DNA of 36,991 nucleotides. Source: a virus (Duplodnaviria > Caudoviricetes). Of this stretch, positions 15,727-25,134 are shown piece after piece. The notes beneath the pieces are model-generated. The model saw nothing but the letters and a program-made list of their open reading frames with translations. It was not told the origin of the DNA and searched no databases. A program made the position numbers and the translations under genes. How positions within the stretch are numbered: position 1 is the first letter of the stretch; each line of letters starts with the position of its first letter. The stretch spans positions 1-36,991 of IMG/VR virus record IMGVR_UViG_3300044711_000071. One strand, written 5' to 3'.

Positions 15727-17591
15727 TGGCCGATAGCGTCGAAGCCTGGCACGCCGAGGACTGGAAAGGCACGAAGGAGGAGCGCGCCACTGCGGCCTTC
15801 GCGGAGGGTGAGCGGATCGACCTGCAGCCCGAGACCATGATGGCCATCGACCAGGACTTGGCCCTACAGCGCATGTTCGAGCAGCGCCCCATTCAGACCT
15901 TGTCGAATACCTCAGGCAAGTACCTCACCACCTCCCATCTGATGCTCGGGACGTCCTGGGGGCCGCCGAGCCCGAAGAACATCCTTCGCTCGGTGGTGCT
16001 GACCGCGCTCGCCATGATCTCCAGGTCCCGCGTCCGCGGCCGCTTCCTGACGTCGGGCGGCACGAGCGAGCAGAAGAACCGCGCCAAGGAGGCTACGACC
16101 TGGCTGGACGGATGGACCAGTGAGAACGACATCCACCCGCTGTGCGGGATGGCGTTGCGGGACGGGATGATCTCGCGCTTCGGGGTGATCCAGCTCTACG
16201 AGGAGGATCGCAAGGTCAAGGCGCAGCGCATCCTCCCCGAGGAGATCAGCTTCGACTACGCCAGCAGCCGCTACGGCATGCCGAAGACCATCCACCGCAA
16301 GCGCGGCATCCCGAAGGGCGTCCTGCGCTCCAAGTTCAAGAGCGCCAAGCAGCGCGCGGCCATCGACGCGGCCAAGGTGCTGGAGTGCGACGACGGCACG
16401 ACCAGCGACCTGGTGCTGGTGCGAGAGGCGTACAGCACGCCCAGCTCGCCGAGCTCGAAGGACGGGTGGCACACCATCGCGATCGACGGGGTTGACGGCG
16501 GGATGTTGGCCGAGCCGTACCTGAAACCCTGGCAGCCGTTTATCTTCTTCATGTGGGACAGGTTCCTGACCGGGCTCGGGGGCAACAGCCTCGCCGCCCA
16601 GCTCGAGACGATGCAAGTCGAGCTCAATTACAGCCTCCTCATCGAGCGCAAGGCCATGAAGCTGATGGCGGTTCCGCGCATCGGCGTGAAGCGGGGGTCG
16701 AAGATCATCAAGGAGCAGGTGACCAACGGCGCGGGGACGATCATCGAGTACACCGACACGCCGCCGGTGGCGCTGGTCTGGCCGGTGCTGCCGCCCGAGT
16801 TCTACAAGTCGCAGGCCACTCTCATCGAAGCGATGTTCGAGATCACGGGCATCAGTCAGTATGCAAGCCAGGGCGTGGCGGCTGTGGGCCCTGACGCCTC
16901 GGGCGCGGCCCAGCGAGAGGCCACCGAGACGCAGAGCGTGCGGCTCCAGGTCTACTCGCAGCACTCTTGGGAGGCCCCGATCGTCGAGCTCTACGACAAG
17001 GCCGTCGAGATGGCCGCCGACATCGTGGGAGACGGCCACAGCTACGAGACGCTGGCCCCCAACTCACGCGGCCTGGCGAAGGTGGACCTCAAGAAGGTGG
17101 TCGCCGATATCAAGGACCGCAAGATCACCTGTTACCCCTCGGGCTTCCTCCCGATGCAGCCGAGCGCGCGCCTCCAGTACATCCGCGAGATGCTCGACGC
17201 CAAGCTGTGGAACGTCGAGCGGGCCAAGCTGGCGCTCCAGGACCTCGATGTCGAAAGCGAAGAGACCCTGGAAAACAGCCTCCAGTCGCTGTGGAACAAG
17301 ACGTTCGAGGCGATGCTGTACGACGGCAAGCCGAAGCGCCCGACCGAGCTCACCGTGGCTCACGCCGATCAGGTGTTCGGCACCGGGGCGCTGTACATGG
17401 CGATGGCGGAGATCGAAGAGACCGCGCCCAAGAAGATGAGCCTGGCGCAGCGGTACCTAGACGAGCTTACCGAGCTCGTGAAGGCCGCCAAGGGGGCGGC
17501 CGCGCCTCCCGCGCCTCCCCCGGGCGCTGCGCCGGCGGCAGCCGCAGCACCAGCGCAGCCGATCAGCCAGGCCGCCCCGCTCACGGGCTGA
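15726..17591 (+). CDS. Portal protein
   Basis: About 620 aa, between TerL and scaffold; helical, with ITGISQ...ASGAAQRE clip-like motif and Pro/Ala tail. Confidence 0.8.
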   Translation: MADSVEAWHAEDWKGTKEERATAAFAEGERIDLQPETMMAIDQDLALQRMFEQRPIQTLSNTSGKYLTTSHLMLGTSWGPPSPKNILRSVVLTALAMISRSRVRGRFLTSGGTSEQKNRAKEATTWLDGWTSENDIHPLCGMALRDGMISRFGVIQLYEEDRKVKAQRILPEEISFDYASSRYGMPKTIHRKRGIPKGVLRSKFKSAKQRAAIDAAKVLECDDGTTSDLVLVREAYSTPSSPSSKDGWHTIAIDGVDGGMLAEPYLKPWQPFIFFMWDRFLTGLGGNSLAAQLETMQVELNYSLLIERKAMKLMAVPRIGVKRGSKIIKEQVTNGAGTIIEYTDTPPVALVWPVLPPEFYKSQATLIEAMFEITGISQYASQGVAAVGPDASGAAQREATETQSVRLQVYSQHSWEAPIVELYDKAVEMAADIVGDGHSYETLAPNSRGLAKVDLKKVVADIKDRKITCYPSGFLPMQPSARLQYIREMLDAKLWNVERAKLALQDLDVESEETLENSLQSLWNKTFEAMLYDGKPKRPTELTVAHADQVFGTGALYMAMAEIEETAPKKMSLAQRYLDELTELVKAAKGAAAPPAPPPGAAPAAAAAPAQPISQAAPLTG

Positions 17592-17799
17592 TCTTGCGGC
17601 GTACCTTGCGGTCGATCATGACTGCGATTTCACCGCGAGCGTAGTCAGCGCGAACGATGCGCAGGCCGCCGGACATCGGCTCGCGCTTCGGGGGCTTACC
17701 CCGATGCCAGGTCTCGCCGTCGTTCGACCAAAGCTCGTCGCCCCGCTTGAACCCCGCGGCGGTGCCTGACATGAGTTCGTCCCAGGTTACCGGCTTCAT
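17581..17799 (-). CDS. Antisense small ORF between portal and scaffold (moron-like)
   Basis: Fills a 250-bp gap in the head operon; 72 aa with ordinary composition. Confidence 0.45.
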   Translation of the reverse strand: MKPVTWDELMSGTAAGFKRGDELWSNDGETWHRGKPPKREPMSGGLRIVRADYARGEIAVMIDRKVRRKISP

Positions 17800-17812
17800 C
17801 CTGCGATGATGA

Positions 17813-17832
17813 GGTAAGCGGCCCCCGTGCGC
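17813..17832 (+). promoter_or_regulatory. Late motif copy 2
   Basis: GGTAAGCGGCCCCCGTGCGC; core 22 nt before the scaffold ATG. Confidence 0.6.
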
Positions 17833-17840
17833 AACTGCGC

Positions 17841-18740
17841 ATGGCTGACATCGTCGCTCCGGTCACCGTAGATTCCGGTTCACCCGCCCCCGCCGCGGCA
17901 TCTCCGCCGGTGGACGCAGGTGGCGCCGATCTGACGGTCGACCAGCTGCTTGCAGCCGCCATCGAGGCGAATCCCGGCGCAATCATCATCGAGGACCCCG
18001 CCGCCGGCGAAGGCGCGGCGCCCATCGGCGAGCCCCCGGCCCCCGGAGAGGCTCCCGCAGTCACCCCGCCGGTGGCCGAAGAGCCGAAGGCCGAGCCCGA
18101 GGCCGACATCTCGGTGGTCCGCGCCCGCGCCATGCTGGCCGCGGCCAAGGAAACCGAGCGCGCAGCGGCCGAAAGGGTCGCCAATTTCGAGGCCGACACG
18201 GTCGCGCAGCTGAAAGCTGGCCCGAAGGCATGGTTCGCCAAGCGCGGGATGACCATCGACGAGGTGATCGACGCTTCGATCGCCGAGGGAGCCGTCGCGG
18301 CCCCCGAAAAGCCGAACGAGGTCACCGAGCTGCGCAAGCGCCTCGACGACATGCAGACCGCCCGCGACCAGGAGCGCCTGGACGCGGCGATCGCCAGCAC
18401 GAAGGCCGCCGTTTCGGCCGATGCGCGCTTCCCGACCATCAACGCCAAGGGCCACCAGGGCCTCGTGGTCGACTTCATGATCGAATACCACGCCACCCAC
18501 GGCAAGCCGATCACCTGGGACCGTGCCGCCGCGCTCATCGAGGCCGATTTGGCTCCCCCGCCGGCCCCCGCGGCCAAGCCCGCCGCCAGCGTGGCGGTTC
18601 CCCCACCCGCGCGCCCCGGGACGACGACGCTGACCGCGAAGGACAGTTCCAACTATGTCCCCCCCGCGGGCGATCTCCCCGAAGACCCCGACAAGTTGCT
18701 CAAGTTTCTCGTGGCCGGCCTGCCGGCTGACAACACCTAG
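17841..18740 (+). CDS. Capsid scaffolding protein
   Basis: Acidic Pro/Ala-rich N-terminus, coiled coil; directly upstream of the capsid gene. Confidence 0.75.
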   Translation: MADIVAPVTVDSGSPAPAAASPPVDAGGADLTVDQLLAAAIEANPGAIIIEDPAAGEGAAPIGEPPAPGEAPAVTPPVAEEPKAEPEADISVVRARAMLAAAKETERAAAERVANFEADTVAQLKAGPKAWFAKRGMTIDEVIDASIAEGAVAAPEKPNEVTELRKRLDDMQTARDQERLDAAIASTKAAVSADARFPTINAKGHQGLVVDFMIEYHATHGKPITWDRAAALIEADLAPPPAPAAKPAASVAVPPPARPGTTTLTAKDSSNYVPPAGDLPEDPDKLLKFLVAGLPADNT

Positions 18741-18755
18741 CAAAGGAAAACCCCC

Positions 18756-20009
18756 ATGGCCGGCATGACGTACAACGCGACCACCGTTCAGTCGATCCTC
18801 AAGACCTACTTCAACAACAAGGCGGTTCAGAACACGATCGCCTCGAAGAAGGGTCGCATCTACGCGGACATGCCGCGCTCGACCGACGGAGGCGGCGACT
18901 ACTGCAAGTTCACGCAGCAGCTGTCCACGCCCTTCACCATCTCCCAGGACTTCGCCGTCGCCCAGGGCCTCGCCTCGGGCTCGACGGTGCAGCCGGGCCT
19001 CAAGTACTCCATGCCGTGGCAGGAGCAGAGCGGCCCCATCCGCGTGAGCGCGAAGGCCAACCTCCTGAGCCGCACCGACAAGGTGGCGTGGTTCAAGGCG
19101 CTCGGCAAGGCCGCCGCGGACGTGCTCATGATGCAGCACCACGTCTACAGCATCAAGTCGTTGGCCTCCGGGTTCGGTGAGCTCGCCGGCACGGGCATCA
19201 GCTCCGTCTCGGGGTTCACTTTCAAGGTGACGAAGGGGGCCATCGTCCATTTCGTGGAGGGAATGCCGCTGGTGTTCTCGTCCTCGCTCGACGCGGCTGT
19301 TCTGCGATCGGGGACGGCCATCAAAGTCACCGCGGTCGACTACGCCACCGGCCTGGTGACGTGCGACACGGCGCTGGCGACCCCCGGCGGAGTCAACGGA
19401 GACTTCGTGTTCTTGGCGGGCGACCGTCAGAACTCGGCGACGCCATCCCGGCTCTGCCCGGTCGGACTGCGGCACTGGCTCCCCAGCGTCCGCCCGGTCA
19501 CGGACACCAACATCTCCACGATCGAAGGCACCGTTCGCAGCGGGAACTCCCGCAGCTACGGCGGATTCATCGACGCCACCAACCTCGATGACGTCGACGG
19601 GCTGGCCCAGGCGGTGCAGACCGCCGTCACGGTGGGAAACGCCACCGACTTGACGGCCTACGTCTCACACTCCCGCTTCACGGCCATTGCGACGGCGCTC
19701 TCGAGCGACCGGCGCTACGCCGACAATGACGGGAACTCGGGGTTCCTCAAGATCAGCGTCTCGGGCTCTGACATCACCGTCCCGCTGGTAATCGACAAGA
19801 ACCTCGAGGACGACGACGGCTACGTGCTCCAGAAGGGCGCCTACACGATCGTCTCCTGCGGCGAGCTGCCCATGATCCAGGAAGAGGGTGGCAACTGGAC
19901 GAAGGTCTCGGACGACAACGGTCTCGAGATGCGGACCTACGGCCTCGGCGCCTTCCTGATGCTGGACCCCGCGGCCTGCTGCGTGGTCGGCTTCGCGGCC
20001 CTCACCTAG
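18756..20009 (+). CDS. Major capsid protein (HK97 fold inferred)
   Basis: 417 aa, AAAGGA RBS, strongly biased codon use, C-terminal LEMRTYG...DPAACCVV; position after scaffold. Confidence 0.8.
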   Translation: MAGMTYNATTVQSILKTYFNNKAVQNTIASKKGRIYADMPRSTDGGGDYCKFTQQLSTPFTISQDFAVAQGLASGSTVQPGLKYSMPWQEQSGPIRVSAKANLLSRTDKVAWFKALGKAAADVLMMQHHVYSIKSLASGFGELAGTGISSVSGFTFKVTKGAIVHFVEGMPLVFSSSLDAAVLRSGTAIKVTAVDYATGLVTCDTALATPGGVNGDFVFLAGDRQNSATPSRLCPVGLRHWLPSVRPVTDTNISTIEGTVRSGNSRSYGGFIDATNLDDVDGLAQAVQTAVTVGNATDLTAYVSHSRFTAIATALSSDRRYADNDGNSGFLKISVSGSDITVPLVIDKNLEDDDGYVLQKGAYTIVSCGELPMIQEEGGNWTKVSDDNGLEMRTYGLGAFLMLDPAACCVVGFAALT

Positions 20010-20017
20010 TCACACCA

Positions 20018-20055
20018 CCGCGGGCGGCGGTACCTCAAACCTCCGGCGCCCGCGG
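20018..20055 (+). other. GC-rich stem-loop after capsid gene
   Basis: CCGCGGGCG...CGCCCGCGG inverted repeat; no clear U-tract. Confidence 0.4.
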
Positions 20056-20093
20056 GTTGAACCAACAAAGAGTCACCCCAAAGGACGATCCCC

Positions 20094-20480
20094 ATGATTC
20101 GCAAACTGTTTCCGATGTACGGCAGCCCGGCGCCGCGGGTGTGCGTCCTTGGCGGGACGTTCACGATCGGCGCCTCGGGCGCCGTCCGCGACCAGACCGG
20201 CGCCAAGCTGAGCGGCGCCACGGTCACCCAGGTGGCCAGCGAGGACGGCCGCTACGCGGTCACCTTCCAGCGCACCTTCAAGCGCATCCTGTCGGCTACC
20301 GCCACCTTCGTCGGTCCCGACGATGCCGCGTTCCCCACCACCACGGGATCGCTCTGCGGGACGCGCCTCCTCACCACCTCGGGATTCTCGGTCCAGGCGG
20401 TGCGCATGGACACCCAGGCGGACACTGACCCGGCCTCGGGCTCGGTCTACTGCTGGAGCGCGCTCGTCGCGACGGTCTAG
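20094..20480 (+). CDS. Putative head decoration/structural protein
   Basis: Beta-rich, GRYAVTF motif; follows capsid; AAAGGA RBS. Confidence 0.6.
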   Translation: MIRKLFPMYGSPAPRVCVLGGTFTIGASGAVRDQTGAKLSGATVTQVASEDGRYAVTFQRTFKRILSATATFVGPDDAAFPTTTGSLCGTRLLTTSGFSVQAVRMDTQADTDPASGSVYCWSALVATV

Positions 20481-20482
20481 CC

Positions 20483-20734
20483 ATGGCGCTCGGCAAGAGC
20501 TACGTGGCTGGCCTGGTCAAGAAGGCTCCCTCCCCCGACAAGATGGACGCCATGGGAGACATGGCGGGCGCTCCCGGGGAGTCGGACGAGCCCAAGGACC
20601 CGGCCGACGTTGACGGGGACGAGGCCGCCAAGGCCAGCGCCTTCGACGACTTCGTGTCTGCGCTCGGGCTCAGCCCGGCCAAGGCCGCCAAGGCGCGCAA
20701 CGCGCTCGACGAATACCTCTCGCTTTGTAAGTGA
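20483..20734 (+). CDS. Small acidic hypothetical protein
   Basis: Fits operon spacing. Confidence 0.6.
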   Translation: MALGKSYVAGLVKKAPSPDKMDAMGDMAGAPGESDEPKDPADVDGDEAAKASAFDDFVSALGLSPAKAAKARNALDEYLSLCK

Positions 20735-20747
20735 CGGGGGGTGATGG

Positions 20748-21434
20748 GTGACCATCCTCGCCAGCGACCTGATCGCCGACGCCCAGGCCAAATCGGACTT
20801 GGAGGCGAGCGAATTCGTCGACAGCGCCCGCTGGCTGATCTGGTGTGACCAGGCCGTCAAGGAGCTGCACCGGGTGGTCTCGGCCACGTTCGCGGCCACC
20901 TACTTCCGGACCACCGACTTCACGCTGACCGGGACGACCTACACGTATTCCCTGCCGGCGACGTTCATGCGCCTCAAGGGCCTCGACGTATACCCAGACA
21001 CGCCGATGCGCCGATCGGTGAGGCGCTTCAACTTCGCCGAGCGCAACCGGTCGGCCGACTACGGCAGCAACTTCGGGGGGACCTGGCAACAGTTCGACCG
21101 CCTGCGCTACAACGTCGTGGGCTCCAACATCCTCGAGCTGCAGCCGCAGGAGCACTGCGCCTACCCGTACCGGCTCTACTGGGTCCCCAGGCCCACGGCC
21201 ATGGTGGCGACCTCCACGCCTCTTGACGTCGAGCTCGAGCCCTACTGGGAGTACGTCTCGGCCAAGATGGCCATCTTCGCGGCCACGAAGGGTGAAGACT
21301 GGGACGTGGTGAACACGCTCAATGGCCAACTGAAGACCATGCGGGCGGACATGCTCGAGGCCGTGGAGACGGACGAGGGAGCCCCGTGCAGCATCATCGA
21401 CGAGCGGGGCGACGGCAGCGAATGGGGCGGGTGA
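20748..21434 (+). CDS. Head-tail adaptor protein
   Basis: TYTYSLPATFMRL, YRLYWVPRP, EYVSAKMAI pattern typical of podovirus adaptors. Confidence 0.7.
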   Translation: MTILASDLIADAQAKSDLEASEFVDSARWLIWCDQAVKELHRVVSATFAATYFRTTDFTLTGTTYTYSLPATFMRLKGLDVYPDTPMRRSVRRFNFAERNRSADYGSNFGGTWQQFDRLRYNVVGSNILELQPQEHCAYPYRLYWVPRPTAMVATSTPLDVELEPYWEYVSAKMAIFAATKGEDWDVVNTLNGQLKTMRADMLEAVETDEGAPCSIIDERGDGSEWGG

Positions 21435-21437
21435 CCC

Positions 21438-21773
21438 GTGATCCCCTTCACGCCACCGGATAACACCGCCGAACAGCCGGGAGGCTCCGAATTGCTCGAC
21501 CGGATCATGGTGCTCCTGCAGAACACCTTTCGCTCGCTCGCCGGCACCATCACCAACGGCGCGCTGATCCAGGTGTCCTTCGACGCTACGGCCTTCCCGG
21601 CCGGGCAACGTGTGTTCCACGGCCTGGGGCGCCAGCCGGTCACCTTCGAGGCCGTCAACATGCAGGCCCCGGGCGGTGTTGTCTTCGAGAGCGCCGCAGC
21701 GAACCCGTACCGCAGCAAATACCTCCTATTGCAGTGCAGCGCGGACGCCGCCTGCGCGGTGAGGTTTACGTAG
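21438..21773 (+). CDS. Small structural protein
   Basis: HGLGRQP motif common in phage virion proteins. Confidence 0.6.
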   Translation: MIPFTPPDNTAEQPGGSELLDRIMVLLQNTFRSLAGTITNGALIQVSFDATAFPAGQRVFHGLGRQPVTFEAVNMQAPGGVVFESAAANPYRSKYLLLQCSADAACAVRFT

Positions 21774-24700
21774 GTGGGAAAGGTCGAGGAGTTCGTATCG
21801 CTCGCCTCTGGCCTCCAGACGGATGTCGTTGAGAAGCTCGTGGCGGTTGGGGCGCAGTTGCGCCTCGAAAACGCCTACGCCGACCTCATCGGCCAGGCTC
21901 GCAAGCGGCTGGGGGCTGACACGCTCTCAACCTCCAGCCAAGGCACGATTCCCGAGAATCAGCCACTGACCCCCGTCTATCAGCTGGCGACGCGCCACGG
22001 CTCGCTGGTGCGGTTTGAGACGCAGGCGCCGATCAAGGTATGGGACGCCTCGGCGAGCAAGTGGGCCGCCCCTGGATCGGCGCTCAGCGGGGTGCGCAGC
22101 TACCACCGCGGGCCCATCATGGCGGAGACGTCGCCGGTGTACTCCGGGGTACAGGCGGGACTGCAGGTGCAGACGCCCGACGTGGCCACCGGAGTCGGCT
22201 ACGGGTTCGTGGTCTTCGAGGAGACCGACTCCGCGGCCGGGACGATCCGGGTGCACGAGCAGATCATCGACCTGGACACCAAGCAGGTGGTACTCGACGA
22301 GCGCCTGGCGACGGGGATTAAGTTCCCCCGGGCCGTTGTCGTCAGTCACTACGCGGTGTGCTTCGTCAACAACAACGGCCAGATCACCGCCGACGTGTAC
22401 AACTTGAGCTCTCCGGGGCCGCCCGATCAGCGGACGTTCGGGCTCTGCGCGGCGGGGACCACCCTCGACGTGCGGGTGGGCTCGGTCAACAACGGCTCCA
22501 CGGACGTTTCGTGCCTCTACATCGACAACGCCGGCAAGCTCCAGTGCGCGATCGTCTCGGCCGCCGGCGGGGGTGACAGCACGTTCAAGGTCCAGCGCAC
22601 CGGCGGGACGGACGTCTCTCCATTCGGCGCCGTCTGGATGCAGGACCTCGCCAGCTCGGGGAAGTTCTCCGTCATCGAGGCCAGCACCGCGACGGGGATG
22701 TCGGTCCTGTGGAACCTCCCCGCCCCGACGGCCAGCATTTCGATCGCAGCGGCGAACATGGTGATCGACGCCACGGCGGACCATGTCCCCAGCGTCGGCG
22801 ACGGCCTGCGCCAGATGGTTGGAACGACGACGACCAGCAACGCGGCGGGCCGCTTCCGTATCCTGTACGACTGGATGGATGGATCGGGACACCCGACGAT
22901 CAAGGCGTGCACCTGGGACGGCTCCGCGCACCTATCCAGCTACTTCCTTGGCGTGGGAATCGTCTCGAAGCTGTGGGCGAACGACACGAGTTTCTACTTG
23001 TGGACGAACTACATCGCCGAGGACCAGAGTACCTACTTCGTTCTGGGTCTCGACAGCGATGCGACCACGTCCGCCAGCTACACCCGCGCGCCGCTGGCGA
23101 CCGCCTTCGTACGGGCCGCCGGGGTGGCGCTCAAGTTCTTCTCCGCCTCGAGCGTGGCGATCCAGACGGACGGTGCGATCGTGTCATCCGTCACGCACGA
23201 GACCCGCACCGAGAGCATCCTCGGGGCATCGTCGACAGCGGCAGGGCTCACCGTGGCGGAGATGGCGATCGACCTGGTGTCGGTCACCCATCGCAGCGCG
23301 CCAGAGCTCGAATTCGGGAAGCCCGTGGAGTTCCTCGACTCGGTCTTCACGGCGGGAGGGGTGCTCAAGTTCTACGACGGCTCGACGTACGGGCTCGCGG
23401 GCTTCCCCTACTACCCTCACTCGATGGACCTCGCCGCGGTGGCGGGCGGGAACCTTGAGCCGAGCGCGCAATACGCGTGGCGGGCCTGCTACAGCTTCGT
23501 CGACAACCAGGGGAAGAAATGGCGATCCGCCCCCAGCGCGCCGGTGCAGGCCAGCACCACCGGCGCTGACTTCCAGTTCACCGTGAAGCTGCGCACGCTG
23601 CTGCTGGTCGACCGGGGAGCGCCCCAGCTATGGGACGGGTACCAAATCGAGCTATATCGCTCCCAGGCGGACGAGGCCGACGCCTTCTTTCTTGTCGCGA
23701 GCTATCCGAACGACCCCACCGCCTTCGATATCACGGTCACCGACAACGTAGCCGACGTCGACCTTGGGGAGGAACTCTACACCGACGGAAACGGGCTCGA
23801 AAACCAGCTCCTCCCGGCGATTTCGCACGTCGTCATGTACCAAAACCGCCTCGTGTGCGCGCAGGCGGGCACGGGAACCCTGTGGTACAGCCTCGACGTA
23901 GACCTGACGCATGGATTGCTGTTCAGTGAGTCGCTGACCATCGACGTGGGTGATCCTGGCGCCGAAATCACCGGGCTGGCGGTCGTCGGCGACAGCCTGA
24001 TCGTGCTCAAGAAGAGCATCGTCTACGCGATGGCCGGCCAGGGCGGGAACGCCCTCGGCCAGGGCGCCACCTACGACTTCCGCACCCTCGCCGTGGGCGT
24101 GGGATGCAGCAACGCCGCGTCGATCGTCCAAAAAGAGGGCGAGGCGTGGTTCAAGTCCGACTCCCAGCGCGCGGGAATCCACCGGGTCACCTCGGGGCTG
24201 GGCCTCACGTACGCCGGCCAGGGGGTCAAGGCCTATGACACCAATACGATCACCGCGGCCGTCATCGTCCCGCACCTCTCGCAGATTCGTTTCTACACCG
24301 GCAACGGGACGACGATGGTCTGGGACTGGATCGCCAGCATCTGGGGGACGAATACCGAGCAGAGCGCCGTCTCGGCCGTCTCGGGCTACGTCGGCGTCAC
24401 TGGCGTGGTCTACGCCAACAACACCGACGTCCTGTCGGAGGCGACGCTTAGCAGCTCCGATCCGTGGAGCGAAGCGGGCAGCGAGTACCGCGCCCGCGCG
24501 CGCTCGCCGTGGCTCTCGTTCGCCGGCGTCGACAACTGGGAGCGCATTAAGCGCATCCAGGGAGTGGGCACCCCCAACGGCCCCCACAAGGTCGTGATCA
24601 GCCTGTACCGCGACTTCGACGAGACCGACGTGCTGAGCCACTCGGCAAAGCAGTTCGACGGAACCGAAACCAAGTGGACGTGGGAACTGCTGCCCAAGGT

Positions 24701-25106
24701 TCAGAAGCTCAGCGCGATGATGATCGACGTGGAGATTCAGCCGTACATTCCCGATCCGGTCACCTTCTCCCCCGACAAGAACGCCGGTGACGCCTATTTG
24801 GGGGCCGGCGTGTGGGTATGGCCCGACGCCGCATTCTCCGCGGACATGGTCGGCGGGACGGTGGTCATCTCAGGCGATCCGGGGCTCAACGGGACCTACT
24901 CCATCGACACCGTGACAAACGCCACTCACCTGGTGCTATCGCCGGACCCCGGGGCGCCCGCTTCGATCCCCGGCTCTGCCGTCGTCGAGATTACCTATCA
25001 GCCCGCAGCCGTCAACGGTCCGGGACCGGGCATCTCGGGCGTCAACGTCACGGCCTCTGGCAAGGAAGGCCAGAGCAAGCTACCGGTGGCTCGGAGGGCG
25101 ACGTAG
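21774..25106 (+). CDS. Tail nozzle / head-closure (stabilisation) protein
   Basis: 1110 aa, beta-propeller-like (YQNRLV, LWYS, ITGLAVVGDSLIVLK, GVGCSNAASIV); follows the adaptor. Confidence 0.75.
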   Translation: MGKVEEFVSLASGLQTDVVEKLVAVGAQLRLENAYADLIGQARKRLGADTLSTSSQGTIPENQPLTPVYQLATRHGSLVRFETQAPIKVWDASASKWAAPGSALSGVRSYHRGPIMAETSPVYSGVQAGLQVQTPDVATGVGYGFVVFEETDSAAGTIRVHEQIIDLDTKQVVLDERLATGIKFPRAVVVSHYAVCFVNNNGQITADVYNLSSPGPPDQRTFGLCAAGTTLDVRVGSVNNGSTDVSCLYIDNAGKLQCAIVSAAGGGDSTFKVQRTGGTDVSPFGAVWMQDLASSGKFSVIEASTATGMSVLWNLPAPTASISIAAANMVIDATADHVPSVGDGLRQMVGTTTTSNAAGRFRILYDWMDGSGHPTIKACTWDGSAHLSSYFLGVGIVSKLWANDTSFYLWTNYIAEDQSTYFVLGLDSDATTSASYTRAPLATAFVRAAGVALKFFSASSVAIQTDGAIVSSVTHETRTESILGASSTAAGLTVAEMAIDLVSVTHRSAPELEFGKPVEFLDSVFTAGGVLKFYDGSTYGLAGFPYYPHSMDLAAVAGGNLEPSAQYAWRACYSFVDNQGKKWRSAPSAPVQASTTGADFQFTVKLRTLLLVDRGAPQLWDGYQIELYRSQADEADAFFLVASYPNDPTAFDITVTDNVADVDLGEELYTDGNGLENQLLPAISHVVMYQNRLVCAQAGTGTLWYSLDVDLTHGLLFSESLTIDVGDPGAEITGLAVVGDSLIVLKKSIVYAMAGQGGNALGQGATYDFRTLAVGVGCSNAASIVQKEGEAWFKSDSQRAGIHRVTSGLGLTYAGQGVKAYDTNTITAAVIVPHLSQIRFYTGNGTTMVWDWIASIWGTNTEQSAVSAVSGYVGVTGVVYANNTDVLSEATLSSSDPWSEAGSEYRARARSPWLSFAGVDNWERIKRIQGVGTPNGPHKVVISLYRDFDETDVLSHSAKQFDGTETKWTWELLPKVQKLSAMMIDVEIQPYIPDPVTFSPDKNAGDAYLGAGVWVWPDAAFSADMVGGTVVISGDPGLNGTYSIDTVTNATHLVLSPDPGAPASIPGSAVVEITYQPAAVNGPGPGISGVNVTASGKEGQSKLPVARRAT

Positions 25107-25107
25107 C

Positions 25108-25127
25108 GGGGACCGGCCCCCGTGCGC
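25108..25127 (+). promoter_or_regulatory. Late motif copy 3
   Basis: GGGGACCGGCCCCCGTGCGC; core 21 nt before ATG 25135. Confidence 0.6.
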
Positions 25128-25134
25128 CTTTACG

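Noticed and set aside
20748-25106. Adaptor, small protein and nozzle share one frame separated by single stops (readthrough or recoding?)
   Set aside because: The nozzle has its own GAGG RBS, and TAG/TGA act as normal stops elsewhere (capsid, scaffold, portal).
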